Source: Narcine bancroftii (lineage: Eukaryota). From it: DNA of 64,000 nucleotides. The stretch spans positions 187,302,001 through 187,366,000 of the forward strand of contig NC_091470.1 in the NCBI RefSeq assembly GCF_036971445.1. The letters run 5' to 3'. Shown piece by piece: positions 49,979 to 63,300 of this stretch; positions within the stretch are counted from its first letter, which is position 1; every line of letters begins with the position of its first letter. The notes below the pieces were generated by a model. It made no database searches. It was not told the origin of the DNA and saw only the letters and a list, made by a program, of their open reading frames with translations. Made by a program: the position numbers and the translations under genes.

Positions 49979-51424
49979 GCTGCGATAAAAAAGTGATGCA
50001 ACTCAAAATTTATGCGAGGCAAAATTAGATGCCATGCACATTTGATGCCACATAAAAGAAGTTAAAACACGATGCTGGAGAAACTCCGCAGATCAAACAA
50101 TGTCCTTTTTATAGCAGAGATAAAGTCACATAACTAACGTTTCAAGCTTGAACACTCCAACAATGTATTTATTTTTATTTAGACATACAAAGGATCTGAA
50201 TCTTTCATTGCCCGATGAGGCTTGGGGCTCCATTTGATTAACACAAATTCCTTTTGTGTATGGCTTTGTTTGCAGCAATTTAAGGTGGTCCATAGAGCAC
50301 ATATGTCTAAAGTTAAATAGTCTAATTTCTACTCAGACACAAATCCTCTATGTGACAAATGTAAAACAGGTGATGCTTCTTTAGTTCATATGTCTGGACC
50401 TGCCCTGACTTAGCAGAATTTTGGAAAGATGTTTTTCGAACACTATCGGTAATTCTTAAGATAAAATTGGAACCTGCCCTTTAATTGCACTATCTGGATC
50501 ATCTCAAGATGTTGAATTTTATCTTTTTCTTCAGTGATAGCCAGACATAGAATTTTGATTAAATGGAAAGATAGTACTCCGCCTACACACACACACAACG
50601 GCGAAAGGATATTATGTCTCATTTAACTCTGGGGGATAAAAAATTAGATGAGCTATCAAGGATACAAGCATTCGGTTTCAAAAGATATGGTGCCTATTTA
50701 TGGACGATGATCGTAATCTGTAGCTTTATAGTTCTGGAATTTTAGCGCTGTGTTGTCCCTCTCCAAGTTGGTGGGGGGGTGGGGGGTTCATTTGGTTCAT
50801 ACATGTCAACTTTCATTTCTTTTTCAATCTTTTTTATTGTTTTTTTTTTTAATAATGAATACAGTACAACAAAGAAAAGGGAATGAAACTGAAAATACAA
50901 TATCACAAGCGTATGTATGTCAAGATAAAACTTTCCAATGGTTCTTTCCTCTCCCATCCCACTTTAAGTATTCCCTGAGCCATCTGTGCTCTTGGATTAG
51001 TAAGGGATTGCTTAAGGTGGTCTGTGAGTGGGAAGAGAAAGTTTGAAAACCACTGTTCTAATTGACTCGTTATGTGCACGGTTTCATCGCTCCAAAGGAA
51101 ATGGGGCCAGTGACAATTTTTCTCAAGCAAAGTATTTCAGTAACAATCCGGTCTAGAGCAGTGATGGTTTGCCCTTGATGAAGGGCTCAAGTCCGAAATG
51201 TTGGTTCTGTGTCTTGATCTTTGCTCTGTAAAGGACACTGTTGGACCTGCTGGGTTTCTCCTGCATTGGGTTTTTACTTCAACCACAGTGTCTGCAGACT
51301 TGTGTTTTACTCCATTGCCTTACTTTGCCTCTTTTTCTTGCATTATTTTGGAAGGCAGGTTGCATGAGCTGCGGAGTTGGCGCAAAACCCCGAATTTCGA
51401 CAATTCCTTGTGCGGTCTGCCTCC

Positions 51425-51551
51425 GGGAACTCCGGGGCTGCAATGGTTGGCCCGCACCCTGGCCTTCGAGGGAGCCCGGAGTTGCAGCCTCGGCTTTCGC
51501 TCGGCCACCGTTGCCGCCGCTCGGAGCCACGGATCCGGCGCACCGGTGAGT
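51425..51551 (+). promoter_or_regulatory. Paralogous promoter/non-coding exon 1, possibly of a third ZBTB12 copy downstream of the window
   Basis: CpG island sharing gggaactccggg, tttc(a/g)ctcggccacc and gagcc(a/g)cggatccg...ccg|GTGAGTG with the 39.1-39.2 kb element; donor at 51545/51546. Confidence 0.55.
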
Positions 51552-51964
51552 GTCCGCCAGGCCGGGGGTGGGAGGCGGCCGTCGCCGCCCGCTTCGTGCC
51601 GATCGGTCCGCCGCGGCCGCGGTGAGGCCTCCCCCGGGTCCGTCTCACCCATGGGTGCCGCCTGGCCCTTCCCACCCACCCACTCACTGGTAGTGGGTGT
51701 CCTGCCCTGAGGATTGTGGGTGATCAACCCTCAGCCGTAGTGGGCGCCCCCCCACCCAGGGGTGCACCCTCTTGCTGGCATGGGTGCCCCTTGGCTCAGG
51801 GATGCACCAGGTTGGCCCTCCTACTGAAGGGCAGGGATCCCCTCTCCACCCTGCCACCACACATGGGTGCCCCCTTATGCAGGGATGCACCCTCTTGTTT
51901 AACTAGTCATGGAATTGAGAGCCCCTTCCCCACCCTACTTCCAGTGAACAGAGGGCACCTACTC

Positions 51965-53820
51965 TTCTCCACCCCTTCCTCCCCCTTCTCCCTCTTTCCC
52001 CTTCCCCCTCTCTCCCCTTCCCCCTCTCTCCCCTTCCCCCTCTCCCCTTCCCCTCTCTCCCCTTCCCCCTCTCTCCCCTTCCCCTCTCTCCCCTTCCCCC
52101 TCTCTCCCCTTCCCCCTCTCTCCTTCCCCCTCTCTCCCCTCCCCCTCTCTCCCCTTCCCCCTCTCTCCCCTTCCCCCTCTCTCCCCTTCCCCCTCTCTCC
52201 CTTCCCCCTCTCTCCTTCCCCCTCTCTCCCCTTCCCCTCTCTCCCTTCCCCCTCTCTCCCCTTCCCCCTCTCTCCCCTTCCCCCTCTCTCCCCTTCCCCC
52301 TCTCTCCCCTTCCACCTCTCTCCCCTTCCCCCTCTCTCCCTTCCCCCTCTCTCCCTTCCCCCTCTCTCCCCTCCCCCCCCTCTCTCCCCCCTCTCCCCCC
52401 TCTCTCCCCTTCCCCCTCCTCTCCCCTTCCCCCTCTCTCCCCTTCCCCCTCTCTCCCCTTCCCCCCTCTCCCCTTCCCCCTCTCTCCCCTTCCCCTCTCT
52501 TCCCCTTCCCCCTCTCTCCCCTTCCCCCTCTCTCCCCTTCCCCCTCTCTCCCCTTCCCCCTCTCTCCCCTTCCCCCTCTCTCCCCTTCCCCCTCTCTCCC
52601 CTTCCCCTCTCTCCCTTCCCCTCTCTCCCTTCCCCCCTCTCTCCCCTTCCCCCTCTCTCCCCTTCCCCCTCTCTCCCCTTCCCCCTCTCTCCCCTTCCCC
52701 CTCTCTCCCCTTCCCCCTCTCTCCCCTTCCCCCTCTCTCCCCTTCCCCCTCTCTCCCCTTCCCCCTCTCTCCCCTTCCCCCTCTCTCCCCTTCCCTCTCC
52801 TCCCTTTCCCCCCTCTCTCCCTTCCCCCTCTCTCCCCTTTCCCTCTCTCCCCTTCCCCCTCTCTCCCCTTCCCCCTCTCTCCCCTTCCCCCTCTCTCCCC
52901 TTCCCCCTCTCTCCCCCTTCCCCCTCTCTCCCCTTCCCCTCTTCCTCCCTTTCCCCCTCTCTCCCCTTCCCCTCTCTCCCTTCCCCTCTCTCCCCTTCCC
53001 CCCTCTCTCCCCTTCCCCCTCTCTCCCCTTCCCCCTCTCCCCTTTCCCCTCTCTCCCCCTTTCCCCTCTCTCCCCCTTTCCCCTCTCTCCCTTTCCCTCT
53101 CTCCCCCTTCCCTCTCTCCCCTTCCCCTCTCCTCCCCCTTCCCCCTCTCTCCCCCTTCCCCCTCTCTCCCCTTCCCCTCTCTCCCCCTTCCCCCTCTCTC
53201 CCCTTCCCCCTCTCTCCCCTTCCCCCTCTCCCCCTTCCCCCCTCCCCCTTCCCCCTCTCTCCCCTTCCCCCTCTCTCCCCCTTCCCCCTCTCTCCCCTTC
53301 CCCCTCTCTCCCCCTTCCCCCTCTCTCCCCCTTCCCCCTCTCTCCCCCTTCCCCCTCTCTCCCCCCTTCCCCTCTCTCCCCCTTCCCCTCTCTCCCCCCT
53401 TCCCCCTCTCTCCCCCTTCCCCTCTCTCCCCCTTCCCCTCTCTCCCCCTTCCCCTCTCTCCCCTTCCCCCTCTCTCCCCTTCCCCTCTCTCCCCCTTCCC
53501 CCTCTCTCCCCTTCCCCTCTCTCCCCCTTCCCCCTCTCTCCCCTTCCCCCTCTCTCCCCCTTCCCCCTCTCTCCCCCTTCCCCCTCTCTCCCCCTTCCCC
53601 ACTCTCCCTTCCCCTCTCTCCCCCTTCCCCCTCTCTCCCCCTTCCCCCTCTCTCCCCCTTCCCCCTCTCTCCCCCTTCCCCCTCTCTCCCCCTTCCCCAC
53701 TCTCTCCCCTTCCCCCTCTCTCCCCCCTCCCTTCCCCTTTTCTCCCCCCCCTCTCCTCCCTTCCCCCTTTCTCTCTTTCCCTTCCTCTTTTCCCCCTCCC
53801 CCCCCTCTTCCTTTCCCCCT
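51965..53820. repeat. Near-pure polypyrimidine tandem array ((cccctctctccccttc)n-type units)
   Basis: About 1.85 kb of almost exclusively C/T on the plus strand. Confidence 0.95.
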
Positions 53821-55456
53821 CATGCTGGGGGAGCCCCACTCCCCTTTCCCCGTCTGTATTTGCTCTCCTTCCCTCTTGGTTCTCCTCTCCCCATTCACTG
53901 TCAATCTGCAACCTGTTCTAATTAAAATAGTGTATTGTCATCTGATTGTACGCGTACAACCTGACGAAACAAGGTTCTCCGGTCCTTGGTTCAAAACACA
54001 CAGCCAGACATAACCCACATACAGACAATACACAGGCAGTACAAGTAGTCATATATTCAAATAAAGACATCCCACCCCCAAGGACCTTTCCTCCTCCCAT
54101 TTCTGTTTCAAGGTTTGACCCAAGCCTTGATTAGTGACAAGGTCCGGGGAAGGTGTGAGTTACTGTTCTACGGGCGGCTCTGGATTGGAGAGGCCGGAGG
54201 TCACTTTGTTGAGCACTTTGGCTCTGTCCGCTGCAATAGTGGGGATCTCCCAGTGGCCGCTTGTTTCAATTCCCTGTCCCATTCCTTTGATTTCATGTTT
54301 GTCCATTGTCTCGTGCACGGCCAGACTGAGACCACCCGCAGCTTGGGGGAACAGCACCTCGTCTTCTGATTGGGCAGCCTCCAACTGGATGGTATTAACA
54401 ACCTCTCTGGCTTTCATTCACCCCCCCCCCAACTCCTCCCTTACTTCTTCCCTCATTGTCTTCCCCATGTCTTTTCACACAGACACAATAAATTCTTACC
54501 TTTTCTCTTATCTTCAATTAACACCCTTTGTTGGTCTGGATTCCTTCCCCAGCAGCACTGTTTGAATTCTGAGATTTCCTGCTTATTCCTTGATGAAGGG
54601 CTCAGGCCAGAAATATCAGCAATATATCTCTGACTTATGGCCGCTGAAAAGATCAGCTGAGTTCCTCCAGCATTTCTCTGATTTTTAAAAAAAAACTACA
54701 ATCACAGTGTTTCACTGTCTAGACCAGTGGTTTTCAAACTTTTTCTTTCCACCCACATCCCACTTGAAGTATTCCCTATGCCCTCTGTTTCAGGGATTAC
54801 TTCAGGTTGTCTGTGAGTGGAAAGAAAAAGTTTGAGAACCACTGTTTTAATATCGTCCCTCATTGACTCATTATGTGGACGAGTTCATTGCTCCAAATGA
54901 AATGGGCCAATGACCATTTTTCTCAAGCAAAATATTTCAGTTACAATTGGGCCCAGAGCAATGGTTCTCAACCCTCCCTTCCCACTCACATCCTAGCTAT
55001 GCCATCGGTGCTCGGTGATTAGTAAGGGATTGCTTAAGGTGGGATTTGTGTGGAAAGAAAAAAGGTCTAGACCGATTGCTGCTAATCTCTGCATCTCCCA
55101 AGTTCCCAACCTCCCCACCCCAACACCCACTGACCCAGTTACTCATCCCCATGTTAAAAGCCACAATTTTGCTTTTAAATCACCCTCCGCCACGCTCCTC
55201 AACCACTGATTTACAATAAAGATATCAATAGATTGAAAGAGTGCAGAGAAGATTGTTGCCCGGAGTTCAGGAACTGAATTACAGGGAAGGGTTAAACAGA
55301 ATAGAACTTTATTCCCTGGAGCGTAAAAGAATGAGGGGAGATTTGATAGAGGTATTTAAATTTATGAGTGGCAAGTAGGCTTTTTTCCCCCACTGAGGGT
55401 AGGTGAGATACAAACCAGAGGATATGGGTGAAGGGTGAAAGGGAAAAAGTTTAGGG

Positions 55457-55803
55457 CAGTGGTTCTCAACCTTTTCTTTCCACTCCTAACCTATGCCATT
55501 GGTGCTCTGTGATTGCTTAAGGTGGTCTGTGAGTGGGAAGGGAAGATTGAGAACCACTGCTCTAGACCCAATTGTTACTGAAATATCTTGCTTGAGAAAA
55601 ATTGTCATTGGCCCATTTCCTCTGGAGTTCTGAAACCGTGCACATAATGAGTCAATGAGGGACGATTAAAACAGGGGTTTTCAAGCTTTTTCTTTCCACC
55701 CACATCCCACCTTAGGCAATCCCTTACTAACCACAGAGCACCGATGGCATTGGGATTACTTAAAGTGGGATGTGAGTGGAAAGAAAAAGGTTGAGAACCA
55801 CTG
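55457..55803. mobile_element. hAT-type MITE (cagtggttctcaa family) inserted in a CR1 fragment
   Basis: TIRs cagtggttctcaacc / ggttgagaaccactg and perfect 8-bp TSD gtttaggg. Confidence 0.85.
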
Positions 55804-58800
55804 GTTTAGGGGGAACTTTTTCACACAGAGAGCGTTGGGAGTGTGGAACGAGCTGCCAGTTGGCGCAGGCTCAATTTTAACATTTATGAAAGAATTTGGA
55901 CAGGTACAATGATGGGAAGGGTCTGGAGGGCTGTGGAATGGGTGCAGGTCAGTGGGGCTAGGTAGAATAATAGTTCAGCTAAGACTAGAAGGGCCGAAGA
56001 ACCTGTTACTATGGTGTAGTGTTCTGCGGTGCTATGATTGCTGTTAATCTCTGCAGCCCTCCCAAGTTCCCAACCTCCCTACTCCAACACCCGCTGACCC
56101 AGTTACCCATCTCCTTTTTAAAATCCACAACCTTGCTTTTTGAACCCTCCCCCTCCCTTCCTCTCCACAGTCTGAAATTTATCCATCAAGTTCAATATTG
56201 TGCCGAGCTCTGGAATTTCCTCCTTTGCGGATGCCTCTCAAATCAGTCCATATCGAGTCTGCCCCACCATTTAATCATGACCTGATCCATTTTCCCACTT
56301 CCCTGATCCACGTCCCACTGCCCGGCCTTCTCCCTGTAACCTTCGATGCCCCCAGCTAATCCAGAACCAGTCAATCTCTGTCTTAAATACACCCGATGAC
56401 CTGGCCTCCACAACTGCCCGTGGCAACAAATATCCCCTGGCTGAAGAAATTCCTCAGCATCTCTGTTCTCAGCTGCGGTCCGTGGTAGCAACAGCCGGGC
56501 TGCGTGCAGCAGGGTTTCCATGTGGCATGATACTGCGCCTCCTTGATTCGTGTAAGGAACAGGAGCCAGAGTGCTCACTCACTCATATCTACTCTGCTGA
56601 CATCAGGATTATATTTGATCTTGCACTTCCAGTTGCATTTTCTTGGCTCGATCCCAGACGTCCCTCGATTAATGTCCAGAAATACATACAATCAATGATT
56701 GGGATAGTTTCCGGGGTACTGCAAGCAATTAGGAATGCGAACAACATGCTGTCGTTTATTGCAAAGGGAATTAATTATAGGAGAAAGAAAAATTATGCTT
56801 CGTTTGGTAAGAGAATTAAACCAGCTGTTGAATGAACTTAGCCAGTCAGGCATTGTCCGTGGACACAAGAGGCCGGTCAGCGATTTGGGCCTCCCCTCCC
56901 CCTCATAGACGCTGCTCGAACCGCTGAGCTCCCCCAACGATTTGTTTTCACTGCGGATTCCAGCAGCCTCATGTGCCGCCAGTGACGGGACCTCTTCTGC
57001 AAGGCAGCATGTGCCACTCATCTTTGCCCATCCCGTTGAGGTGTTCAGGGAGGGGTCTGTGCCCTGCTCTCGGGGAAGGGCGTGTTGCCTTCAGATTTAT
57101 TGTCCGAGTATGTACACACAATCCTGAGATTCTTCTTCCTGTGCGTGAGGCACGATTACCACATCCTGGCAGTGCAAAGAAAAAATAGCTGACTCAACGT
57201 ACACATGTAAACCAATAAAGAAATGTAAACAAACTGTGCAATAGAATAATATCCATCCCATAGGATGATGACTCTTCCTTTCAGTCAGTTTGTGGGGTTT
57301 GGTACGAGGATACCCCGCTCCACAGAAAGGAATAGCGTGTACGTGAATGGATTTTTAGGTGAGTGGGGGTTGCACAGGTCGAAACCCACCCTCTCGGGGA
57401 GATCCAAGGCGGCTGGGGGAAATTCTATGGCAGTGAATGGCCAGACCATGCTTCGATGCAAGGGTCATCGACCCTACGAGAGGGTTCATCCGTCCTTTGA
57501 CTGGAATCTGCGTCCTGCAGGGTGTCTACCCACCCTGTGCACCAGGAAGCCAACCATGTGACAGGTAGTACTGGGTTACATGGTACCAGTAGCACTCAAA
57601 CAAGTGACCTGATCCTACTGTGCAATACAGAGAAGAAAAAAAAGCTATAAAGTGCATAAGCAAGAGTCCTTAAATAAGTCCCTGATTGAGTTTGTGAACC
57701 GCTGGCTGATGAGGAGAGATTAGACAGGCCTGGATTACATCCAGTAGAGTTTGCAAAAAAATAAGAGGGACTTGTCTCACGCATGAAAGATGCTCTGTAA
57801 TGTTTCTAAGGTGGTTGGATAGAGGATGTCTCCACTGGTGGGAGATTGTAGAAGAAAGGGGTCATTGTTTTAAAATAGAGATGAGGAGATTTATATTGAG
57901 GGTTGTGAATCTTTGGAGCTGATGAAGGTCTTTGACTTTTTTTTAAACACAAAGGAAGGCTTTAAAAAAATTGGCTGTTGATGGGAACGCTGGTAAAATT
58001 GTATTCGCAGAGCACTACAGCATGCTACAGGCCCTTAATATTTCCTACCAAAAAAACGAAACCTCTTAACTTTATTTTTCTTCCATCCATGTGCCTAAGA
58101 ATCTCTTAAATGCCCCCTAATGTTTCAGCCTCCACCCCACCCCCGGCAGGGCATTCCAGGCACTCTCTGCATTTATTTAAAAATAACATACCCCTGATGC
58201 CTCCCCCAAACTTCCCTCCTTTCACTCTGTACGGATGTCCTCTGCTGTTTGCTTCTCCTGCCCTGGAAAAGAAGGTGCTGGCCGTCCACCTTACCTACGC
58301 CTCTCATAACCTTGCAGACCTCTCATCCTTCTTCGCTTCAAAGGAAAGAGTCCCTGCTCTGCAAACCTTGCTCACAAGATCTATTTTCCAATCCTGCAAA
58401 ATCTCCTCTGCACCCTTTCCATACTTTCCACATCCTTCCTCATATTCTATGTGTGGTCTCACCAGAGCTTTGTAGAGCACCTCGCAACTCCTGAACTCAG
58501 TCCACTGACGAATGAAACCCCGCACCCCATAGGGCTTCTTAATTGTCCGATCAACCTTCGCGGCGACCTTGAGAGATATAATGGATTTGGACCCCAAGGC
58601 CCCTCTGTCTTCGACCTTCAGGTTTGACCTTCCAAAAATGCATCACCTCACACTTAACGGATTGAATTCAGTTCACCCACAATTTTAGGCCTGAAGGGGC
58701 TGAGGAACCTTCTCCCAATTTGGGTGTTCACTGAAGCTATACAGTTATCCTCTGAATGCAAGCTCCTCTCCTCAGTGGTCAACCACATTGTTTGAGGCTG

Positions 58801-59029
58801 TGAGCTTCCCCCCGCCCCCCACTAGTTTGTAATCTCTCCAGCTAGGGGAATCATCTTCCCTGACGCAACCAGTCTGTCAAACCCAAGAATGCTTTCCAGA
58901 GACAGAATTTATTGTCATGAACACATCACAAATTTCTTTACTTTGTAGCTGCATCTCAGTGCAAACATTTAGATAAACCATCTTAGAAAATAAATTAAAA
59001 TAGTGCAAGAAAAAGACTAAGGCAGTGTC

Positions 59030-60080
59030 TGTGGTTCATTCAAGAAGTTGATGGCAGTAGCGAAGAAGCTGTCCTTGTGCTGCTGAGTGCTTGTCTTTAG
59101 GCTCCTGTACCTTTTTCCCGATGTTAGCAGAGTGGCCTGAGTGGTGGGGGTCCTTGATGATAGAGGCTGCTTTCTTGAGGCACTGCCTCTTGTGGATGTC
59201 CTCGATGGAATGTAGACTGGTGCCCCATGATGTCGCAGGCCAAGTTAGCAACCCTCTGGAGTACTTTCCAGTCCTGAGAGTTGGAGTCTCCGTACCAGGC
59301 ATTAATGCAACCAGCCAGAATGCTCTCCATGGCACACCTGTACAGGTACACGATCCTTTATCCAGACATCTAAAATCCAGAAAGCTCCAAAATCTGGCAA
59401 GTGGGGAGAGAGGAGGCAGCGCGAGTTGGGTGAGCGAGGTGGGGGGAGATCGGCAGCGCGAGTCAGGCGGCTGAGAGACCAGTAGAGCAAGTCGGGTGGT
59501 TGAGAGACCAGTAGAGCGAGTCGGGCGGCCGGGAGAGCAGCATCATGAGTCAGGCGCCCAAGAGACTGGCAGAGCAAGTCGGGCAGGCGGGGGGAGATTG
59601 GCAGTGCGAGTCGGGCGGGCAAGGGGGGGTGGGGGAGTCGGCAGGGCGACTGGAAGGGGTCGGGGGTGGATACAGCAGCACAATTCGGGTGGGCTTAAAT
59701 TTGGCTTTCCAAAATCTTGAAAAATCCAAAATTCGGAACACACTGTCCCCCCAGGGGTTCCGGATAAAGGATCATGTACCTGTAGAAGTTTTCTTCGGTG
59801 GTGTACCGAATCTCCTCAGGTACTTCACAAAGCATAGCCACTGGTGAGCTTTATTAGTGATTGCATCGACGTGGAGGCTCCAGGTCAGGTCCTCGGAGAT
59901 TTCAACAGCCAGGGATTTAAGGTTCTCTCCGCTGCTGACCTGCTGATGAGGACTCTTCATGTTCTTCTAATTTCCTCATGAAGTCTACAATCAGCTTGTT
60001 GGATTTGCTAGCGTTCAGTGCAAGGTTGTGAATGTGACACCACTGAACAAGCTGATTCATCTCCCTCCTGTACACCTCCT
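59030..60080 (-). mobile_element. Rex/Babar-type LINE 3' fragment. Others at about 2085-2480 (+), 25140-25676 (-), 37870-38520 (+) and 41440-42075 (+)
   Basis: Remnant peptides ESILAGCINAWYG and AASIIKDPHH; the 37.9 kb copy encodes KTKEMIVDFR. Confidence 0.7.
59343..59782. mobile_element. Tigger/pogo-like MITE inserted into a Rex/Babar LINE
   Basis: TIRs caggtacacgatcctttatcc / ggataaaggatcatgtacctg, TA TSD; removing it restores acacctgtagaagtt. Confidence 0.8.
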
Positions 60081-60365
60081 CGTTCCCCCTCAATGAGCTG
60101 ATCCATCTCCCTCCTCATTCCCCCTCAACGAGCTGATCCATCTCCCTCCTGTACACCTTCTCATTCCCCCTCAACGAGCTGATCCATCTCCCTCAATGAG
60201 CTGATCCATCTCCCTCCTCATTTTCCCTCAGCGAGCTGATCCATCTCCCTCCTCATTCCCCCTCAGCGAGCTGATCCATCTCCCTCCTCATTCCCCCTCA
60301 ATGAGCTGATCCATCTCCCTCCTGTACACCTCCTCGTTCCCCCTCAACGAGCTGCTCCATCTCTC
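60045..60365. repeat. Minisatellite (gagctgatccatctccctcct...ccccctcaa) expanded from the end of a Rex/Babar LINE fragment
   Basis: About 8 imperfect copies visible, contiguous with the LINE fragment. Confidence 0.8.
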
Positions 60366-63300
60366 CTGAGCATTTCCTTATTTTGCTTCATCATTCAATA
60401 AGATCCATTCTCCTTATTTTAAAGTCTGAAGAGGCACAGACTGCTCCATCTCTCATGTGACACATCTATCAGCCCAGGGACCAGCCTGGTGAACCTTCAG
60501 AGCACTTCCTCTGCATCAAGTATACACTTTATAGGTAAGGAGACTACACTTATTTAGTGGTCTACGTCAATGTCTTGACATCAATGTAATGGCCATAATG
60601 AAGATGTTTATTGATGGCATTAAAATGTGTGTGGTTGTAGATGACGAGGATTGTCTCAAGTTACAGCCCATGACATGGATCAGTTAGATAGCTGGGCGGG
60701 AGAAAGATGGATCAGCTCGTTGAGGGGGAATCAGTTAGATAGCTGGGCAGGCGAACTTAATCCTGACGAGATCGGAGGGAGGAATTAGGCTAGGGCAGTG
60801 GTTCTCAATTCCCCCCACCCCCCCCACCTTACTTACCACCTTAAGCAATCCCTTACTAACCACAGAGAATGTATGGCATCCTGTGGTGGGGGGGGATAAA
60901 AGGGTTGAGAACCACTGGGCTAGGACATACACAGTAAGTGGTGGGGTTGGGGGGTCTGTTGGTGACCAGAGGGATCTTGGCAGTACACCTACGGATCTCT
61001 GAATGGGGACAAAGGAACAGGGACACCATCTAAAACACTGTTCCAGTCACACCTGGAGTATGTGTGCAATCAATGTCCCTGAACCATGGAATGGTTTCTG
61101 CAATCCAGAGAATATGCCTACGGGATGCTGGGCTTCATTAATAGGGGGATTGAATTCAGTAGTTGAGAGGTCATGTAACTCTACAAATATTTGGTAAGAC
61201 CACACTATTGTGTTCAGTTCAGATCACCTCATTACAGAAGGATGTGCAGAGGGGATTTACCAGGTTACTGCCTGGATGGGGAAACAAGTCTTACACGACA
61301 AGGTTAGCAGAGCTGGGACTGGGTTCAGAGTTGCGAGGTGCTCTACAAAGCTCTGGTGAGAAACATGTAGAATATTAGGAAGGTTGTGGGAAGTATGGAG
61401 AGGGTGCAGAGGAGATTTCCCAGGATTGTAAAATAGGTTAACAGAGCTGAGACTCTTCCCTTTCGAGTGAAGAAGGATGAGAGGCATAGTTAGGGTGGAC
61501 CTTTTCCATGACAGGAGAAGCAAACACCAGAGGACATCTGTAGAAAGTGAAGGGAAGGAAGTTTGGGGAGATGTCAGGAGAGTGGTGGGTGCCTGGAATG
61601 CCTTGCCAGGAGTGATGGTGGAGGCTGAAACATTGGGGGCATTTAACAGACTTTTAGACAGGCTCATGGATGAAAGTAAACAGAGGGTTATGGGGTAGGA
61701 AGGGTTTGAACCTTTTTTTGGAAGGAATACACGGGTCAGCACAAGATTGAGGGCCGAAGGGCCTGTACTGTGCTGTATTGTTCTATGTTATATAAAGTAC
61801 ACAGTGTGACCAATTGAGTTTCTCCAGCAACGTGTTCTTACTTCAATCATGGTGTCTGCAGACTCTAGTGTTTTACTCTGTTCTCCCTGGAGCTTAGAAT
61901 CCTGGGGTTGACCTTAGGGACATAATTAAAATCATGAGGGGCTTAGTTTTTCCCCAGGGAAGGGGAAGTCCAAAACTAGAAGGTCGGCATGGGGACAGAC
62001 GGGCTGAAAGAACTGCAAAGCTCGCTGTCAAAATGATGGGAGAATGAAGTGTCAAGGAGAGAGGGATCTCAGAGAGCATATCGGGGTGTTGCACCAGTGG
62101 GAAAATGCTGGAGGAACTCAGCAGGTCTCCCAGCATCCACAGGAGGTAAAGATATATTACCGACGTTTTGGGCCTGTGCCCTTCCACAAGGAATGAGCAA
62201 AAAGCAGGCAGATGTCTCAATAAAGACCAGAGAGAGAAAGGGATAAGAATGGGAGGGGGAAGGAGTTCAGACCAACAGACAAAAGTGGTTAATTGGATAT
62301 GATAAGAGGAGAGGTGAGAACTAATTTTGGCTCTGGGAAAGGAGACTGAGGGAAGAGAAAGAGAGAGGGGGAGGGAAAGGTGATGGGGGAAGAAGGGAGG
62401 GCTAACAGAAACCGGAGAAGACGACGTTAATGCCATCAGTTGAAGATGAGGTGTTGTTCCTCCAATCTGCAGGTGGTCTCATTCTGGCAGTGCACCAGAT
62501 CATGGACAGACAATGTCGATCAGGGAATGAGACAGGGAACTGAAATGGGTGGCCTCTGGGGAGATCCACTTGACTACAGGTGGACAGAGCTCAGGTGCTC
62601 TACAAAGCTGGGGGAAGTGACGAACAGACTATTCGGCCAGAATTTAAAGGGGAGGGCAGATGCTGGGGTCTGGAGCAAAACCCGCTCAGCTGGAGGTCAA
62701 GCCACTGATCGCCATTTCATTATAACTGTTTAAAGCTCCATTCTGCAGTGAGGGAGCAGAGTATGTTTACAACTGTCGTGCCAGGTGAGAAGAATTCCAG
62801 ATGTAGGAATGACATCTACATGGGGTAGAGACTGAAGGGATGGAGACAGAGATCACAGGCAGCAACTATCCCTCAGCGGGGCATTTCATAGAAGGATTGG
62901 GGGGGAGTAGTCATGGGAAGAATTAATTGTACTGAGACTGATGTATGGGGTTGAGGGGGCATGAACCATTCCCATGTTTAAAAGATGGCGGGAGAACGCT
63001 TGACACATAAAGCAATGGAGCAAGGGGTGGAAAATGGGAACCAGCCAATGGAGCAGTAGAGGTACAATGGACTGAATGGTATCTGGGCATTAATTTAGTA
63101 CTTAGAAAAGGGTGGCATGGTTTGTGGAGCGGTTATCGCAACACTGTTACAGCACCAGCAATCAGGACCAGGGTTCGAATCCTGCCCTGTCTGTCAGGAT
63201 TTGGTAGGTTCTCCCCATGTCTGTGGGTTTTCACCGGGGGGGTGGGGGGGGGGGAGTTCTGGTTTCCTCCCACCAGGGGTGTAGATTAATAGGGTGTAAA

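Noticed and set aside
51716-54013. 650-765 aa PLSP-rich and GER-rich ORFs on both strands
   Set aside because: Artefact of the C/T-only array, which cannot contain stop codons.
60045-60365. CRISPR-like repeat array
   Set aside because: Eukaryotic context, no unique spacers, and the units derive from the adjacent LINE.
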